From the NCBI GenBank assembly GCA_032986305.1, contig GCA_032986305.1_3672.1: a stretch of DNA of 64,000 nt; one strand, written 5' to 3'. Below the pieces are notes generated by a model. The model did no database searches. It was not told where the DNA came from and worked only from the letters and a program-made list of their open reading frames with translations. The DNA comes from a phage. Made by a program: the position numbers and the translations under genes. Positions 49,841 through 59,604 of the stretch are shown in pieces; the stretch's first letter is position 1; each line of letters starts with the position of its first letter.

Positions 49841-50461
49841 TTAAAAACTGCGTTTGCGTCTTGGGTGGCGAGGAGGTTGGTTATTTAGACCACTGATAGG
49901 TGTAATACCCTGGACATCGAACGGCCCGTTGCTGTTTTCATTAAATTTAACCCGAATTCCTTCATCTACACGAACACCACCAATGATAATCATTCTGCTG
50001 TAAGCATCTAGCTCAGAATCTACATAGTCTGGGTGTGCCAGCAGCCAATCAAGGAAATCTTTCCATTGAGCGTAGGAAGATCCGCCACGAATCTCTATGG
50101 TCTCATCACCTATTTTTTCCAGACGGGAAGTTATACTTGCATTACCGCTGGACACTTCCTGCATCATCAGCCACCGCACAAGTTGCACAAGCACATTGTA
50201 CTTAAGCAGAGGTAGCTTATCAGGATCTGCCGGATAATTTAGTTTCAACTTCTCCATGTCAAGGAATGTTTTAATTACCTCATCAGGGAGAGTTTCCTCA
50301 TCAACATTGCCGAGCAACAACCTCATAATATTAATAAGAGGTTGGTCTGGATCAGGTTCCGGAAGTACAGGATCTTCTTTTGGTGGTTCTTCTGGGGTAT
50401 CGACTACACCATTATGGTTAGGCGGGGACGGGATAATCTCTTCATCTTCATACCATGCCAT
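49841..50461 (-). CDS. hypothetical head completion protein (206 aa)
   Basis: ORF track 49841..50518 trimmed to Met (MAWYEDEE) preceded by GAGG and located after the upstream terminator. Confidence 0.45.
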   Translation of the reverse strand: MAWYEDEEIIPSPPNHNGVVDTPEEPPKEDPVLPEPDPDQPLINIMRLLLGNVDEETLPDEVIKTFLDMEKLKLNYPADPDKLPLLKYNVLVQLVRWLMMQEVSSGNASITSRLEKIGDETIEIRGGSSYAQWKDFLDWLLAHPDYVDSELDAYSRMIIIGGVRVDEGIRVKFNENSNGPFDVQGITPISGLNNQPPRHPRRKRSF

Positions 50462-50474
50462 TTGAAAATACCTC

Positions 50475-50510
50475 GTAAAAATAAAGCCCCATTCCTGATT
50501 TGGAAGGGGC
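50475..50510 (-). terminator. putative rho-independent terminator
   Basis: Minus-strand imperfect hairpin gccccttcc..ggaatgggg followed by CTTTATTTTTAC. Confidence 0.45.
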
Positions 50511-50520
50511 CTTAACAAAA

Positions 50521-51360
50521 TTATGCCAGTGCAGCCTCAAAATCTTTCATCATATTTTGGAAAGTTTTTGCCTTACTTAAGGTAACACCGTGCTCTTTGG
50601 CGAAGGTTTGGAGTGCATCTTTTGAACCACTTTTGTCATCTTCGTTGTTAAGAGCTGCAGCCTGCTGCAGTATGGCATCAATATCATTGTGAGAAGATCT
50701 TGATTCTTGTGCCTGTTCAGGCTCCTGCTCAGCACCTCCTGGTGCAGCCGGATCTGGAGATTCCTCACCACCAGGTTCAGTAGGACCTACAGGCGGCTCC
50801 GGCTCTGGTTCAGGCGGTGGAGCTATCGTAGAGACAAGTCCAAGATTTACAACCTGAGAACGTTTCTTAGGCCACTCAATGGTGAAAGTTTGGGTATCTT
50901 CTTCATAAACAACGTTGCATTGCTCATCGTTTATGGTCACTTTTTTGGGCATCCCTTCAGGGTCCCACAGATGACCTTCTGCTACGGAAACCTTGAAAGC
51001 AGCATCTACCTCTTTAAACACCGAAGGAGTGAGTGTAATATTGACATCACCGCTTTGAAGTGTTAAAGTGCTTTCATCAAGATTTTCTGTGAAGAACAGA
51101 AGAATAACACCCATACGGATGGTTGAAATGCCTGTATCAATTGGCAGGCCTGTGTGTTTTGCAATCTTCTCGAAGAAGTCTACAATCGTTCTGCATGGAT
51201 AGTGAACACTTCCAATAACGAACTCTGTTGGTGGAAGCAGGGCTGATAAACCAACATTGATTTCTGGATTGTATTGTGCTAAAAATTGATAAAAACTTAA
51301 CTGATTGTTGAAAACTCTTAATAGAGGATCATACTCGACTGGATATACGGCTCTCTTCAC
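50521..51360 (-). CDS. hypothetical head-associated protein (279 aa, GTG start) with Pro/Glu-rich linker
   Basis: ORF following the capsid terminator; AGGAG before GTG; PPPEPEPEPP linker. Confidence 0.45.
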   Translation of the reverse strand: MKRAVYPVEYDPLLRVFNNQLSFYQFLAQYNPEINVGLSALLPPTEFVIGSVHYPCRTIVDFFEKIAKHTGLPIDTGISTIRMGVILLFFTENLDESTLTLQSGDVNITLTPSVFKEVDAAFKVSVAEGHLWDPEGMPKKVTINDEQCNVVYEEDTQTFTIEWPKKRSQVVNLGLVSTIAPPPEPEPEPPVGPTEPGGEESPDPAAPGGAEQEPEQAQESRSSHNDIDAILQQAAALNNEDDKSGSKDALQTFAKEHGVTLSKAKTFQNMMKDFEAALA

Positions 51361-51381
51361 GGGACACTCCTGTTAAACCCT

Positions 51382-51417
51382 AATAAATAAAAAAGGGGAG
51401 GGGAGAACCCCCTCCCC
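51382..51417 (-). terminator. strong rho-independent terminator after major capsid gene
   Basis: Minus-strand hairpin ggggaggggg-ttct-cccctcccc followed by TTTTTTATTTATT. Confidence 0.7.
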
Positions 51418-51441
51418 ATATGGGATGAATCACATTAGTGA

Positions 51442-52452
51442 TTATTCACTTTTCAGAGTTACTTTAACAACCAGCTCTGGGCGGGTGTTAACTGCCAGCA
51501 TGGAAGTTTCAGATTCGATTTTCTGTTCTCTCAGGTAGGCAGAGTGTTTATACCACATATACAGCTCTTGAGCTGGGGTATTTGCATCTTCCAGAGTGTC
51601 AGCCGGAGCAAAGTGCAGCTGGAACATCTGATCGATACCCATAGGCATCAGACGAGCCTCACCGTCCGGAATGTTGCCAGAGATGTCTTCGATGAAGGTC
51701 ATACCCTTGTGTTCAAACACACGGTAAATGCTCTGTTCACCACCTGCACCCAGACGACGACGCAGCGGTTCCTGAGAAGAGCTGTAGTAGGTGTAAGCCA
51801 GCTCTACCAGCGGGTGATGAACCAGTGCTGAGAAGAATTTCGGAGAGCACAGCGCGATGATGTTATAAGCACCAGCGTTGTCACCAGCCTGCAGAGCAAT
51901 GTGCAGACGTGCATCTTCGATTACTTCCATCGGGTCCTGTGCTGCATTTTTAGGATCGATTTCGATAGATTTCTGGGAAACGCCCCACAGTTTGTAATAG
52001 TCATACTGACAGGTGGTGTCGCCAGGGGCATATGATTTACCCAGAACTGCAGCAAACAGCGCTTTTTCACGCAGAGTTTCGTGGGTCAGACGGATACGAC
52101 GAACCACACGGGTAACTACGTCCTGAACAGTTTTCGGTGCATCAGGGGTGAAGTAGCGACGGAAGTTCTGAACATCTGCAGCGGTGATGCCTTTATCCAG
52201 CGGGAAGAACGGGATGTTCAGGTTTTTGATCTGAGCACGTTCGCTACCAACGTAGTTACGTTCACCACCACGGCGACGTGCAGCAATATCACCAACCACT
52301 TCATCTGCACGTTCAATCTGTGCGATTGTTGAGGTGCCTAGATGAGTTTCAAACAGATCCATACCAGTGATCAGTCGGAATTGGCGCGGAACCAGTTCAA
52401 GAGTAGCACCTAAATCAACAATACCAAAATCATCTTTACGGGTGTTAGCCAT
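51442..52452 (-). CDS. major capsid protein, lambda gpE-like
   Basis: Segments ARRRGGERNYVGS and TRVVRRIRLTHETLREKALFAAVLGKSY align by eye with lambda gpE (RSRGGSTSEF; RRRRIIMQNMRDEELAIAQVEEMQAVSAVLKGKY); highly biased codon usage; start trimmed to MANTRK with GGAGA RBS. Confidence 0.8.
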   Translation of the reverse strand: MANTRKDDFGIVDLGATLELVPRQFRLITGMDLFETHLGTSTIAQIERADEVVGDIAARRRGGERNYVGSERAQIKNLNIPFFPLDKGITAADVQNFRRYFTPDAPKTVQDVVTRVVRRIRLTHETLREKALFAAVLGKSYAPGDTTCQYDYYKLWGVSQKSIEIDPKNAAQDPMEVIEDARLHIALQAGDNAGAYNIIALCSPKFFSALVHHPLVELAYTYYSSSQEPLRRRLGAGGEQSIYRVFEHKGMTFIEDISGNIPDGEARLMPMGIDQMFQLHFAPADTLEDANTPAQELYMWYKHSAYLREQKIESETSMLAVNTRPELVVKVTLKSE

Positions 52453-52498
52453 TATTTTCTCCAAATAACTTTAAAATTTATTTCCCAAAGATCTAGGA

Positions 52499-52873
52499 TT
52501 ATTCCTGAACTTTGTTGCCTTTGGCTTCAAGCGCTGCCAGAACTGCTTCAGCTGCCGCTGTGCCGCCAGCAACTTTCAAATGAGCTTTAGCGAAGGTTAC
52601 ACCGCGAACAGCAACAACCAGCTTGTACTTCTCGCCAACTTTCAGCGGTTCTGCAAGATTTACACGACCAGCAGAGTCGGGCAGAAGCGCACGGTCAACC
52701 AGCACACCAAAGGTGTCTGAACCATCTTGATTAGCCAGAGTACCGGTTTTGGTAACTACTGCGCCAGCAACGTGATCAGCAGTGAGAGTGATTTCAATTT
52801 CTTTAAAGTTGAAACCTGCATCGCTAGAATCAACTTTGCCGAGCACGATATCAGAATATTGAGTGGTGATCAT
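52499..52873 (-). CDS. head decoration protein (putative, gpD position)
   Basis: 124-aa protein between scaffold and major capsid genes; assignment by synteny only. Confidence 0.45.
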   Translation of the reverse strand: MITTQYSDIVLGKVDSSDAGFNFKEIEITLTADHVAGAVVTKTGTLANQDGSDTFGVLVDRALLPDSAGRVNLAEPLKVGEKYKLVVAVRGVTFAKAHLKVAGGTAAAEAVLAALEAKGNKVQE

Positions 52874-52894
52874 TATTTTCCCCTATTAAACAAA

Positions 52895-53875
52895 TTATTT
52901 ATTGGATTCTTTACGTGCGCGAGCCAGAGCTTTAGCGACGTTTTCAGCAATAATGTCTTCAGCAGATTTAGCAATGTCGTCCACCACGACATCACCATCT
53001 TTACCTTGCTCTGTGGTTGCGAACTCTTCTTTAGCTTTTTCAACTTTAGCTTCCAGTTCAGCAATACGAGCTTGAGCTTTTTCCAGCAATTCAACAACAG
53101 GGGCGTTAGCTTTATCCAGCATGAATTCGACCAGAGGTGCGTGGTCTTCTTCAGTGGTGAAGCTTAACGCCTGAGCTTTTTCCAGCATTTTAGCTTTTTC
53201 AACTTCTACCTGAGCCTTGATGATTTCTTCAGCTTTTTCATTGGTAGCTTTCAGTTCTTCGAACTGTTTCAGCAGGTCCAGGTACTCTTGAGACTTGGTT
53301 ACGTCTTCCACCGGATTCTCCTCGGTATTTGCGGATTTATCAACATTGTCCACAGCGTCTGTAACAACTTCTTCTGTGGTTTCCTGTGCCGCTTTAATAA
53401 GTTTCCCTTCTTCATCGAAGAGATCAGCGGTCATCTGCTCAAAAACTTGTTGGGTTTTCAACAGAGTGTATTGGTCAACAATACTTAAATCTTTACCTTC
53501 TTTAGCAGCTTTGTGAATGGTTACGTTATCACAACGTTCTTCTAACCACTGCACACAAGCCTCTGCATCAGCCTGTGCCCACTCCCAATCTGGGTGTTCT
53601 TTTGCCCAAGCTTCTTCCTCAATCTCGAACCCAAGCAGGTGAGCCAGTGCCTTAGCATCGTCATACCACATATCGAAAAAACGACGCAGGTATTCTTCAA
53701 AGCTAAGTTCAACAGTAACTTGGCGAAGAGCCTTAACGATATCCTCTGTTAACTGCTCGGGCTTAAGATCGCTCTTCATTAAAAGAGATACAGGCCTATT
53801 GTTAGCGCTATAGCCTTGCGCCTTGTGGCACAGGGCAATCCCTTTCTCTTTAATAGTGATTGTTTTTTCAGACAT
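52895..53875 (-). CDS. scaffolding protein (putative)
   Basis: Acidic, highly alpha-helical/coiled-coil (EEL, KEL, AEL repeats); located between XkdF-like and capsid genes. Confidence 0.5.
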   Translation of the reverse strand: MSEKTITIKEKGIALCHKAQGYSANNRPVSLLMKSDLKPEQLTEDIVKALRQVTVELSFEEYLRRFFDMWYDDAKALAHLLGFEIEEEAWAKEHPDWEWAQADAEACVQWLEERCDNVTIHKAAKEGKDLSIVDQYTLLKTQQVFEQMTADLFDEEGKLIKAAQETTEEVVTDAVDNVDKSANTEENPVEDVTKSQEYLDLLKQFEELKATNEKAEEIIKAQVEVEKAKMLEKAQALSFTTEEDHAPLVEFMLDKANAPVVELLEKAQARIAELEAKVEKAKEEFATTEQGKDGDVVVDDIAKSAEDIIAENVAKALARARKESNK

Positions 53876-54294
53876 TACTCATTGCCCTCTTCTACAACAC
53901 TGATCCCGAAGTTTACGTTGGTGATCTCGCCAGTTTCTTCATCAACATTGCCAGTTGCCTGAATGCTTAGTCCACCAACAATGCCAGCCTTCTTAGCTTC
54001 CCATAATTCAGGATTGTTGTATTTAACTTTAGCAACCCAAGAGCCAGCCTTGATGACCTGCTCAGTACCAATTACCACAACATCAAACTCTTCTTGAATC
54101 CACGTCTTTTCAATAGTGAATGCATCTGTGGAGGTCAAGTGGAAAAGGTTTTCAGAAACTAGGCCTGCGGCGTATGCTGCGTCCCAATTATCTTTAGCCT
54201 TTTTGATGGTGTCTTTACTCATCCACTCACCGTGAGCGTCTTTAGTGTCCGGTTCGTAGATGATTTCGTAGGAAATCATTTCTTCCTGTGGCAT
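53875..54294 (-). CDS. XkdF-like putative prohead serine protease domain protein
   Basis: EIIYEPDTKDAHGEWMSKDTIKKAKDNW and KAGSWVAKVKYNNPELWEAKKAGIVGGLSIQATG match the XkdF family pattern as recalled; ORF track start 54447 trimmed to Met 54294 (alternative 54306) to avoid overlap with portal. Confidence 0.55.
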   Translation of the reverse strand: MPQEEMISYEIIYEPDTKDAHGEWMSKDTIKKAKDNWDAAYAAGLVSENLFHLTSTDAFTIEKTWIQEEFDVVVIGTEQVIKAGSWVAKVKYNNPELWEAKKAGIVGGLSIQATGNVDEETGEITNVNFGISVVEEGNE

Positions 54295-54361
54295 CTTATT
54301 CCCCATGTGGATTATTTTATCACGCCAAAGGAGGTTTTGCAACCCCCTGTGTTGATAATTT

Positions 54362-55918
54362 TTAATTTTCCATGTTGGATATGGAATTATCTCTGGTTGA
54401 TGACATCTTAGAAGTGCCGTTGCCAGTGGATCCTGCAGCCATTCCATCGCCAGCCCTACTGATGTCCTGGCCCAAGAGCTTCATTAGCTCTTCCTGATCC
54501 ATGTCCTCGTCAAATCTTTCATCAAACCCACCTACTTCAAGAATCTTATTAATTACTGCAGGAGTTTTTGGCAAGTAACCTACAGCACCGATCCTCTGGA
54601 CAAACTTGGAGAAGCTCTCCATGTCCACCTCTTCAATCAGGCCAGGTTTCAGTTTAGGCATATCATCATCTTCAAGGATGATACCATTCAATGCCAGAAG
54701 CTGTGGAATAAGATCTTTATTGAAGGCCTCAGTGATAATATCTATATCACGCTGAACAAAATGACCATGGATAGACTGTTTTGACTCAGACAGAGAGAAG
54801 GATCCGACGTTATCGTTACCGAGGTTAATAAAGCCAGCACCGAAACGGTCAAGAATCGCCTTCTTACGGGCATCAATCAAATCTTTAGTTGAATACTGCT
54901 TGCCCATACCGTCAACCCCCTTCAGGGTCATGGAGTAAAGCTCTTTACCAGACTTATCTCTATCAGACGGAAGTATAAAGAAACTTTGCTCCCCACTATG
55001 GGCGTTTGCTGCGTCAAGCATAAGATCTGCAACCATTCTCCCTTCCATTGAATTCGGGTCAATACTGGCCTTGTTCAAAATATTGGAAGGAATTTTCAGC
55101 TCAAGCACACCACCAAGGTCTTTGGAACAGCCAACAACCTCAAGGTTTTCAATCAAAACTTTCTCACGGAAAGATCTGTAGCAACCTATCATCGGTGACA
55201 CACCTGCAGGGTTAGATTCTGTTCCTGACAGAGTCATGAGCATAAGCTTTTTAGCAGGGATGAAAATTTCAGGCTCATTAAAGCCTTTTGAAGGCATTGC
55301 AGCAAGAGGTCCAGCCCAGCGTGCATTCTGAGTGTTTAGAAATGCATTAGGTGACTGATAAATACCTGTCAGTGTTCTACTATTCTTGTCAAAGACAAAC
55401 GGCTCTGATCTGGACAGACTGGCCTGAGGTCGGAATGCAATTTTATCAATAAGGAGCATCCCGGCATATTTACCTTCTTTCTCTCTGCGGTATACTTTCT
55501 CAAACAGTGAAAAACCATACTCGTTAAAGGTAGCTGCGCTTCTTGCAATATCCCGAAGGGTTTGTTGGTTTGCTAAATTACGCAAAGAATACTCTATAAG
55601 CTCGGCAGCTTTCTTAGAGTCTTCACTTTTAACATTATAAAGGATCTTAAAATCATTGAATGCTTTCGTGATGAAAACATATTTTGTATCTAAGGCAGTA
55701 GCAACTGTGGAATCACATTTCATAGTCTCCACTGTGGCAATCAGCTGAGGCCAACGCAATTCCTCAACCATCATAGATTGCGATTCTGCCATGATTTGGG
55801 AAAGTGCGCCAGAACCGATCTCACTCATACGAACATTATGAGTTGGTGCGCCTGCGTTCCCAGATTTATTCACAGTTTTGGCTGTGGCGTTGTGTTTCCT
55901 GCGGTTCTTTTTGGACAC
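54362..55918 (-). CDS. portal protein
   Basis: 518-aa protein immediately downstream of terminase, with acidic C-terminus; size, position and composition typical of portal. Confidence 0.7.
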   Translation of the reverse strand: MSKKNRRKHNATAKTVNKSGNAGAPTHNVRMSEIGSGALSQIMAESQSMMVEELRWPQLIATVETMKCDSTVATALDTKYVFITKAFNDFKILYNVKSEDSKKAAELIEYSLRNLANQQTLRDIARSAATFNEYGFSLFEKVYRREKEGKYAGMLLIDKIAFRPQASLSRSEPFVFDKNSRTLTGIYQSPNAFLNTQNARWAGPLAAMPSKGFNEPEIFIPAKKLMLMTLSGTESNPAGVSPMIGCYRSFREKVLIENLEVVGCSKDLGGVLELKIPSNILNKASIDPNSMEGRMVADLMLDAANAHSGEQSFFILPSDRDKSGKELYSMTLKGVDGMGKQYSTKDLIDARKKAILDRFGAGFINLGNDNVGSFSLSESKQSIHGHFVQRDIDIITEAFNKDLIPQLLALNGIILEDDDMPKLKPGLIEEVDMESFSKFVQRIGAVGYLPKTPAVINKILEVGGFDERFDEDMDQEELMKLLGQDISRAGDGMAAGSTGNGTSKMSSTRDNSISNMEN

Positions 55919-55939
55919 AAGCTTTACCCCTCAAAACAG

Positions 55940-55971
55940 TATAACAAAATAGCCCTCGTGTTAGAGGGCTA
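55940..55971 (-). terminator. putative terminator/attenuator between terminase and portal
   Basis: Minus-strand hairpin agccctc-taacac-gagggct followed by ATTTTGTTAT. Confidence 0.4.
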
Positions 55972-56020
55972 GTATCTCCGATTACTCTATTCTACCACAT
56001 CTAATTAAGATTGGCAACAC

Positions 56021-56801
56021 TTAGATAAAACGCTTGAACATAGAAGGTGATGAGATTGATGGAATCACACAAGGAAGTGCTACCTCCTCTTTCTCCAGGA
56101 AATTAATTGCAGAAGCTACACAGTCAGCCCAGTCGTCTTTTCTGTTAAATGTTGATCTTTCCCCGTTGAATTTTTCAAGTTCAGTCAGAAATGCTTCCAG
56201 AGTATCAGGATGGAAACTGGATTTTACAATCCTAACCATTCCTTGTTGGGCAAGATTGGCAAAAGGTGAGAACCTTGTCAGTTTAGATTTGTTGGAAGGC
56301 ATTGGGTCTTCTTCAACCCTAAACCCTTCGGCGAGCAAGGATCTGGAGGATGTTAAGAACTCACTCTTACCTGCCTGACCGGGGTCCACAGAGAATACGA
56401 TTATACAATCATCACCATCAAACTGCGCCTGTTTCCTGATGATCACATCTCGTTCACCAGCCTTTTTACAGAACTTGCCTTCCAGACCTGTGGAATACCT
56501 CCCGTCATCCACGTTTTCAGGACAATAATCCCCTGACAGGTAATAAAAGCCGTCGCTATCTTTACTTACCTTAACACTGGCGGTAAAGTCAGGAAATTTA
56601 TTACCGGAAGTTCTGTCGGTTCCTGCCTTATCCCATGCCCTGCAAGATACTGATCCAAGGGGTACTCTATCGGCATCACGAAGGAAAGATCTTTGAAAAT
56701 AGTTTGCACCCTCAGGCTTTGCAAACCAGTTGCCATGAAGAAGCTGGGCTTTTTCAAGCTCGGGCAGACCTTCAAGAAAAGCAAGGTATTCTGGGTTGTC
56801 T
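56021..56801 (-). CDS. terL: terminase large subunit, exon 2 (nuclease domain)
   Basis: Begins with the conserved DNPEYLAFLEG ... LLHGNW region that in contiguous TerL proteins follows the ATPase domain; reading frame is open upstream into the intron with no ATG (ORF-track start 56806 is TTG). Splice junction predicted, uncertain by 1-3 nt. Confidence 0.7.
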
Positions 56802-57804
56802 CTCAAGCAGACAGGATTATCGAATCCTTATATTCAAAGGTGGTCGCAACACCACCTTCCGCACCTTTACGTGCTGCTGCATGTTACCATGCAGAGTAGA
56901 CTATATCACCACCCATTTCAGGGTGCTTCGCTTTTCGAGCGCCATAAGCTTGCGCCCTACTCCCTCTCGGGATAGTCGTTGAACTACATTACCAATCGTA
57001 ATTGTTTGAAATATAGGTGTAAGTCTTACGGTCTTTTATTCCTTTAACAACACTAAAACTTACTCCCCACTTCTTAGCTATTTTATTTACACACAAGACC
57101 TTATCACTAAGATCCTCGCAGATACCTATTATCTTGTGCTCACTTATCCGATTAGAGGTTGGCACTTTTCTAAAGTTAAACTCTTTAGAAATATCTGGGT
57201 ATACTGAGCCATTCTTTATACCACTTACAAGTGGTTGATTGACACCAAACATTTCACAAATGTCTTTTACCCTTGCGCCTTGCTCTAACAGCCTACATAT
57301 TTCAAGAGCAGTGGCATCATCCAGGGACCTGTATTTATTGACATAGTCCTTTTTAAGTCCCATTTCATGAGCGTGATGTGTGTTTTCCTCAGGCGTTGTC
57401 CACTCAAGGTTCCATGCGGCGTTATTCAACTTATTACCATCTAGGTGGTTTACTTGAGTTTTCACGCTGGGATTGTCATTATCAACAAAAGTCATAGCAA
57501 TCACTCTGTGAACGAGCACTTGGAACTTTTTACCGTCCTCGCACAAAGTTACCATAGCATAGCCAGTCTTTTTCTGCACATTAGGATGGAGGAATTTATT
57601 AGAATACAGACTGTAAATTCTGCCATCGTATGTAGCACAATAATGATTGTAGCCTAAAAAGCCTAAATTTTTCATTTCAAACATCTCCCTACTACAGGTT
57701 CGGAAGGGTAATTATAGCTGCTGATTGTCCGTTTAGCAATCGGATTTCCCAGCAATTAACGAAGTTATTCGACGTGCATTTCTGCACGAAGCCACTATCA
57801 TTTA
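56802..57804 (-). mobile_element. group I intron (about 1.0 kb) with HNH homing endonuclease ORF in a peripheral loop
   Basis: Minus-strand core elements: P-like AATTGCTGGGAAA (plus 57745-57757), Q-like AATCAGCAGC (57717-57726), R-like GTTCAACGACTATC (56974-56987), S-like GATATAGTC (about 56893-56905); P/Q and R/S are mutually complementary. Predicted P1: exon CCAU pairs with intron GUGG; intron ends in G. Confidence 0.7.
56989..57684 (-). CDS. HNH homing endonuclease (intron-encoded)
   Basis: QVNHLDGNKLNNAAWNLEWTTPEENTHH is an HNH motif; own RBS (GGGAG) and stop; lies between intron Q and R elements. Confidence 0.8.
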   Translation of the reverse strand: MFEMKNLGFLGYNHYCATYDGRIYSLYSNKFLHPNVQKKTGYAMVTLCEDGKKFQVLVHRVIAMTFVDNDNPSVKTQVNHLDGNKLNNAAWNLEWTTPEENTHHAHEMGLKKDYVNKYRSLDDATALEICRLLEQGARVKDICEMFGVNQPLVSGIKNGSVYPDISKEFNFRKVPTSNRISEHKIIGICEDLSDKVLCVNKIAKKWGVSFSVVKGIKDRKTYTYISNNYDW

Positions 57805-58547
57805 ATGGTTGCGCCTATAAACGAGAATGACAACGGTCTTGGCTTGATCTCCACACCCAGTCCGTTAACCGTGGTGTATTTCTCTATCAACTCTTCTTTA
57901 GAGTCTCCCCAAATAAATTCACCGTCGCGTCGGATAAAATATCTTTTCTTACCGCATTTCTCCGGATCTGGATACCCTTCATCGTCCAACCACCATCTAA
58001 CCAGTTTGGCAAGCATGTGTTCTGAATCGGGGTTACAGCTGATAACCATTCTTGATGGATACTTTGACTGAGATCGCAGACGAGACATCAGATAGTCTAT
58101 CTGCTCCCATTCGAACTGCGTTCCCTCATCGAAGCAAACCATGGTGTACTCAAGCCCTTGATGGTTAAGCTTATCTTGTACATACTCCATGTGGCAGTAT
58201 TTTACAACAGCTCCCTTTTTGCTCCTATCCCACTTGCCAGTGTTCGGATCAAACCGTGGAAAAATGAACTTATGATCCTTCTCTCTGAACTTTGGCTTAA
58301 TGTTTTCAGGCAGATCACTATAAATAGCTACTGCTTTAGGCCATAGTCCACCCTCACCTTCCAACTGTGGGGTTGTTCTTCGGAACATAACCACAGAGCT
58401 GTGGGGGTCATCAATAATTTTAAGCGGCATCAACTGCAAGAGGAACGACTTGCCAGACCCTGCGGCACCGCCGATTACCAAAATATCTGCATCATTTTCG
58501 AGGATCATCTTCTGCTTTTCAGAACACGGTCCGTAAATCTTAGACAT
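57805..58547 (-). CDS. terL: terminase large subunit, exon 1 (ATPase domain)
   Basis: Walker A VIGGAAGSGKS, Walker B MVCFDEGTQFEW; AAGGAGAG RBS; in-frame TGA at 57798-57800 lies in the intron. Joined exons give a 507-aa product. Confidence 0.8.
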
Positions 58548-58834
58548 TAACCTCTCTCCTTTGGAAAAAGTGTTCTAATATAGTCTTGCAAAATGATCAA
58601 TTTAGCTCTATCATTGCTACAAGACAGATTATTATCCCTCATAATGCCAGAGTTCACTGCATCTGGCGCACCTTTCTTCAAAGGCATAGCTTTAGCAGGT
58701 GGTTTCATGGCACCTTCCGGGGGCTTAACAATCAACCTTCCTACATCTGGAGGGTCAATCTTGTATTCTTTCTCAACACTGGTTGCACACCCACATAATA
58801 ACAAGCACGCAATAAACAGTGTAGCAACTCTCAT
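58547..58834 (-). CDS. o-spanin (Rz1-like outer membrane lipoprotein)
   Basis: Signal peptide with lipobox-like LLCGC, proline-rich mature region; start overlaps i-spanin stop. Confidence 0.6.
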   Translation of the reverse strand: MRVATLFIACLLLCGCATSVEKEYKIDPPDVGRLIVKPPEGAMKPPAKAMPLKKGAPDAVNSGIMRDNNLSCSNDRAKLIILQDYIRTLFPKERG

Positions 58835-59229
58835 CGATCCTCCTGATTGATACTCTCATTATAAATATCTATAAGCTGATCAGGAAGTGTTGACTTCTTA
58901 CCTTCAGGTGATTGGAGGTAGATAATCTGCTTTTCTCTACCTTCCCTCTCAGCCATATTTAATTTATCCTGCAGATCAGAAAGAGATTTTTCAAGGTTTT
59001 TAACCTCCTCTGCGTGGCCCATTTTAATTTTGTCGGCCTGCTTTTGTTGCTGATCAAGGATCCGTTCCCACTTTAACTCTGTTGCTGACACACCCTCTTG
59101 GTAGGCATCATTAAGCTTAGAGTTAAACCAATACACGGCCCCAAGATAAGCTGCACCTATAGCCGCTGCAAAAACTAAACCTTTTATGATCCCTCTATAC
59201 CTACTCAGCCATGTTAAACCTGAAATCAT
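58831..59229 (-). CDS. i-spanin (Rz-like inner membrane protein)
   Basis: N-terminal transmembrane helix (IKGLVFAAAIGAAYLGAVYWF) followed by coiled-coil periplasmic domain; gene overlaps o-spanin. Confidence 0.6.
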   Translation of the reverse strand: MISGLTWLSRYRGIIKGLVFAAAIGAAYLGAVYWFNSKLNDAYQEGVSATELKWERILDQQQKQADKIKMGHAEEVKNLEKSLSDLQDKLNMAEREGREKQIIYLQSPEGKKSTLPDQLIDIYNESINQEDR

Positions 59230-59242
59230 TTTAAGGCTCCAG

Positions 59243-59282
59243 AAACGAAAAAACCCCGCAGCTATACAGCTAACGGGGCGGG
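59243..59282 (-). terminator. putative terminator
   Basis: Minus-strand hairpin ccccg..cgggg followed by TTTTTTCGTTT. Confidence 0.4.
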
Positions 59283-59334
59283 TTAAAATTGAGTAACCTA
59301 AATAGATCGAAACTAACTAAAAGGAGACTAATAC

Positions 59335-59604
59335 TTATCGAGGCACTCGGTGGATGATTCTAACAGTAACTGCATTTTCATTCATCAAGTATGCATCTAC
59401 ATCTCTGTAAATATAAAACTTCTGCTCACTATCAACAACACAAGCTACCGCCCCTTCAGAGTTGTCTTCAAAAAAGACCACCACTGCATCGCAGCTGAGT
59501 TCATGATATGACTCTCGAAGATTTACAGCCAGAGGATTGAAATCGTCACGAAAATCTACAGTATTTGTTGGATTTACACGCTCTACAATTTTAAGTGTAT
59601 ACAT
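59335..59604 (-). CDS. hypothetical protein (89 aa)
   Basis: ORF track 59335..59694 trimmed to Met (MYTLKIV) because the upstream part overlaps tRNA-Pro. Confidence 0.35.
   Translation of the reverse strand: MYTLKIVERVNPTNTVDFRDDFNPLAVNLRESYHELSCDAVVVFFEDNSEGAVACVVDSEQKFYIYRDVDAYLMNENAVTVRIIHRVPR

Noticed and set aside
53875-54447. Full-length 190-aa ORF as the prohead protease gene
   Set aside because: Its first 30-50 codons overlap the portal gene end; an internal Met with a Gly-rich RBS gives a non-overlapping gene containing the whole XkdF-like region.
56802-57804. Intein interrupting the terminase
   Set aside because: The HNH ORF has its own RBS, start and stop and is not in frame with the terminase exons; exon 1 ends at a stop codon inside the insert; the insert carries group I intron P, Q, R and S elements.
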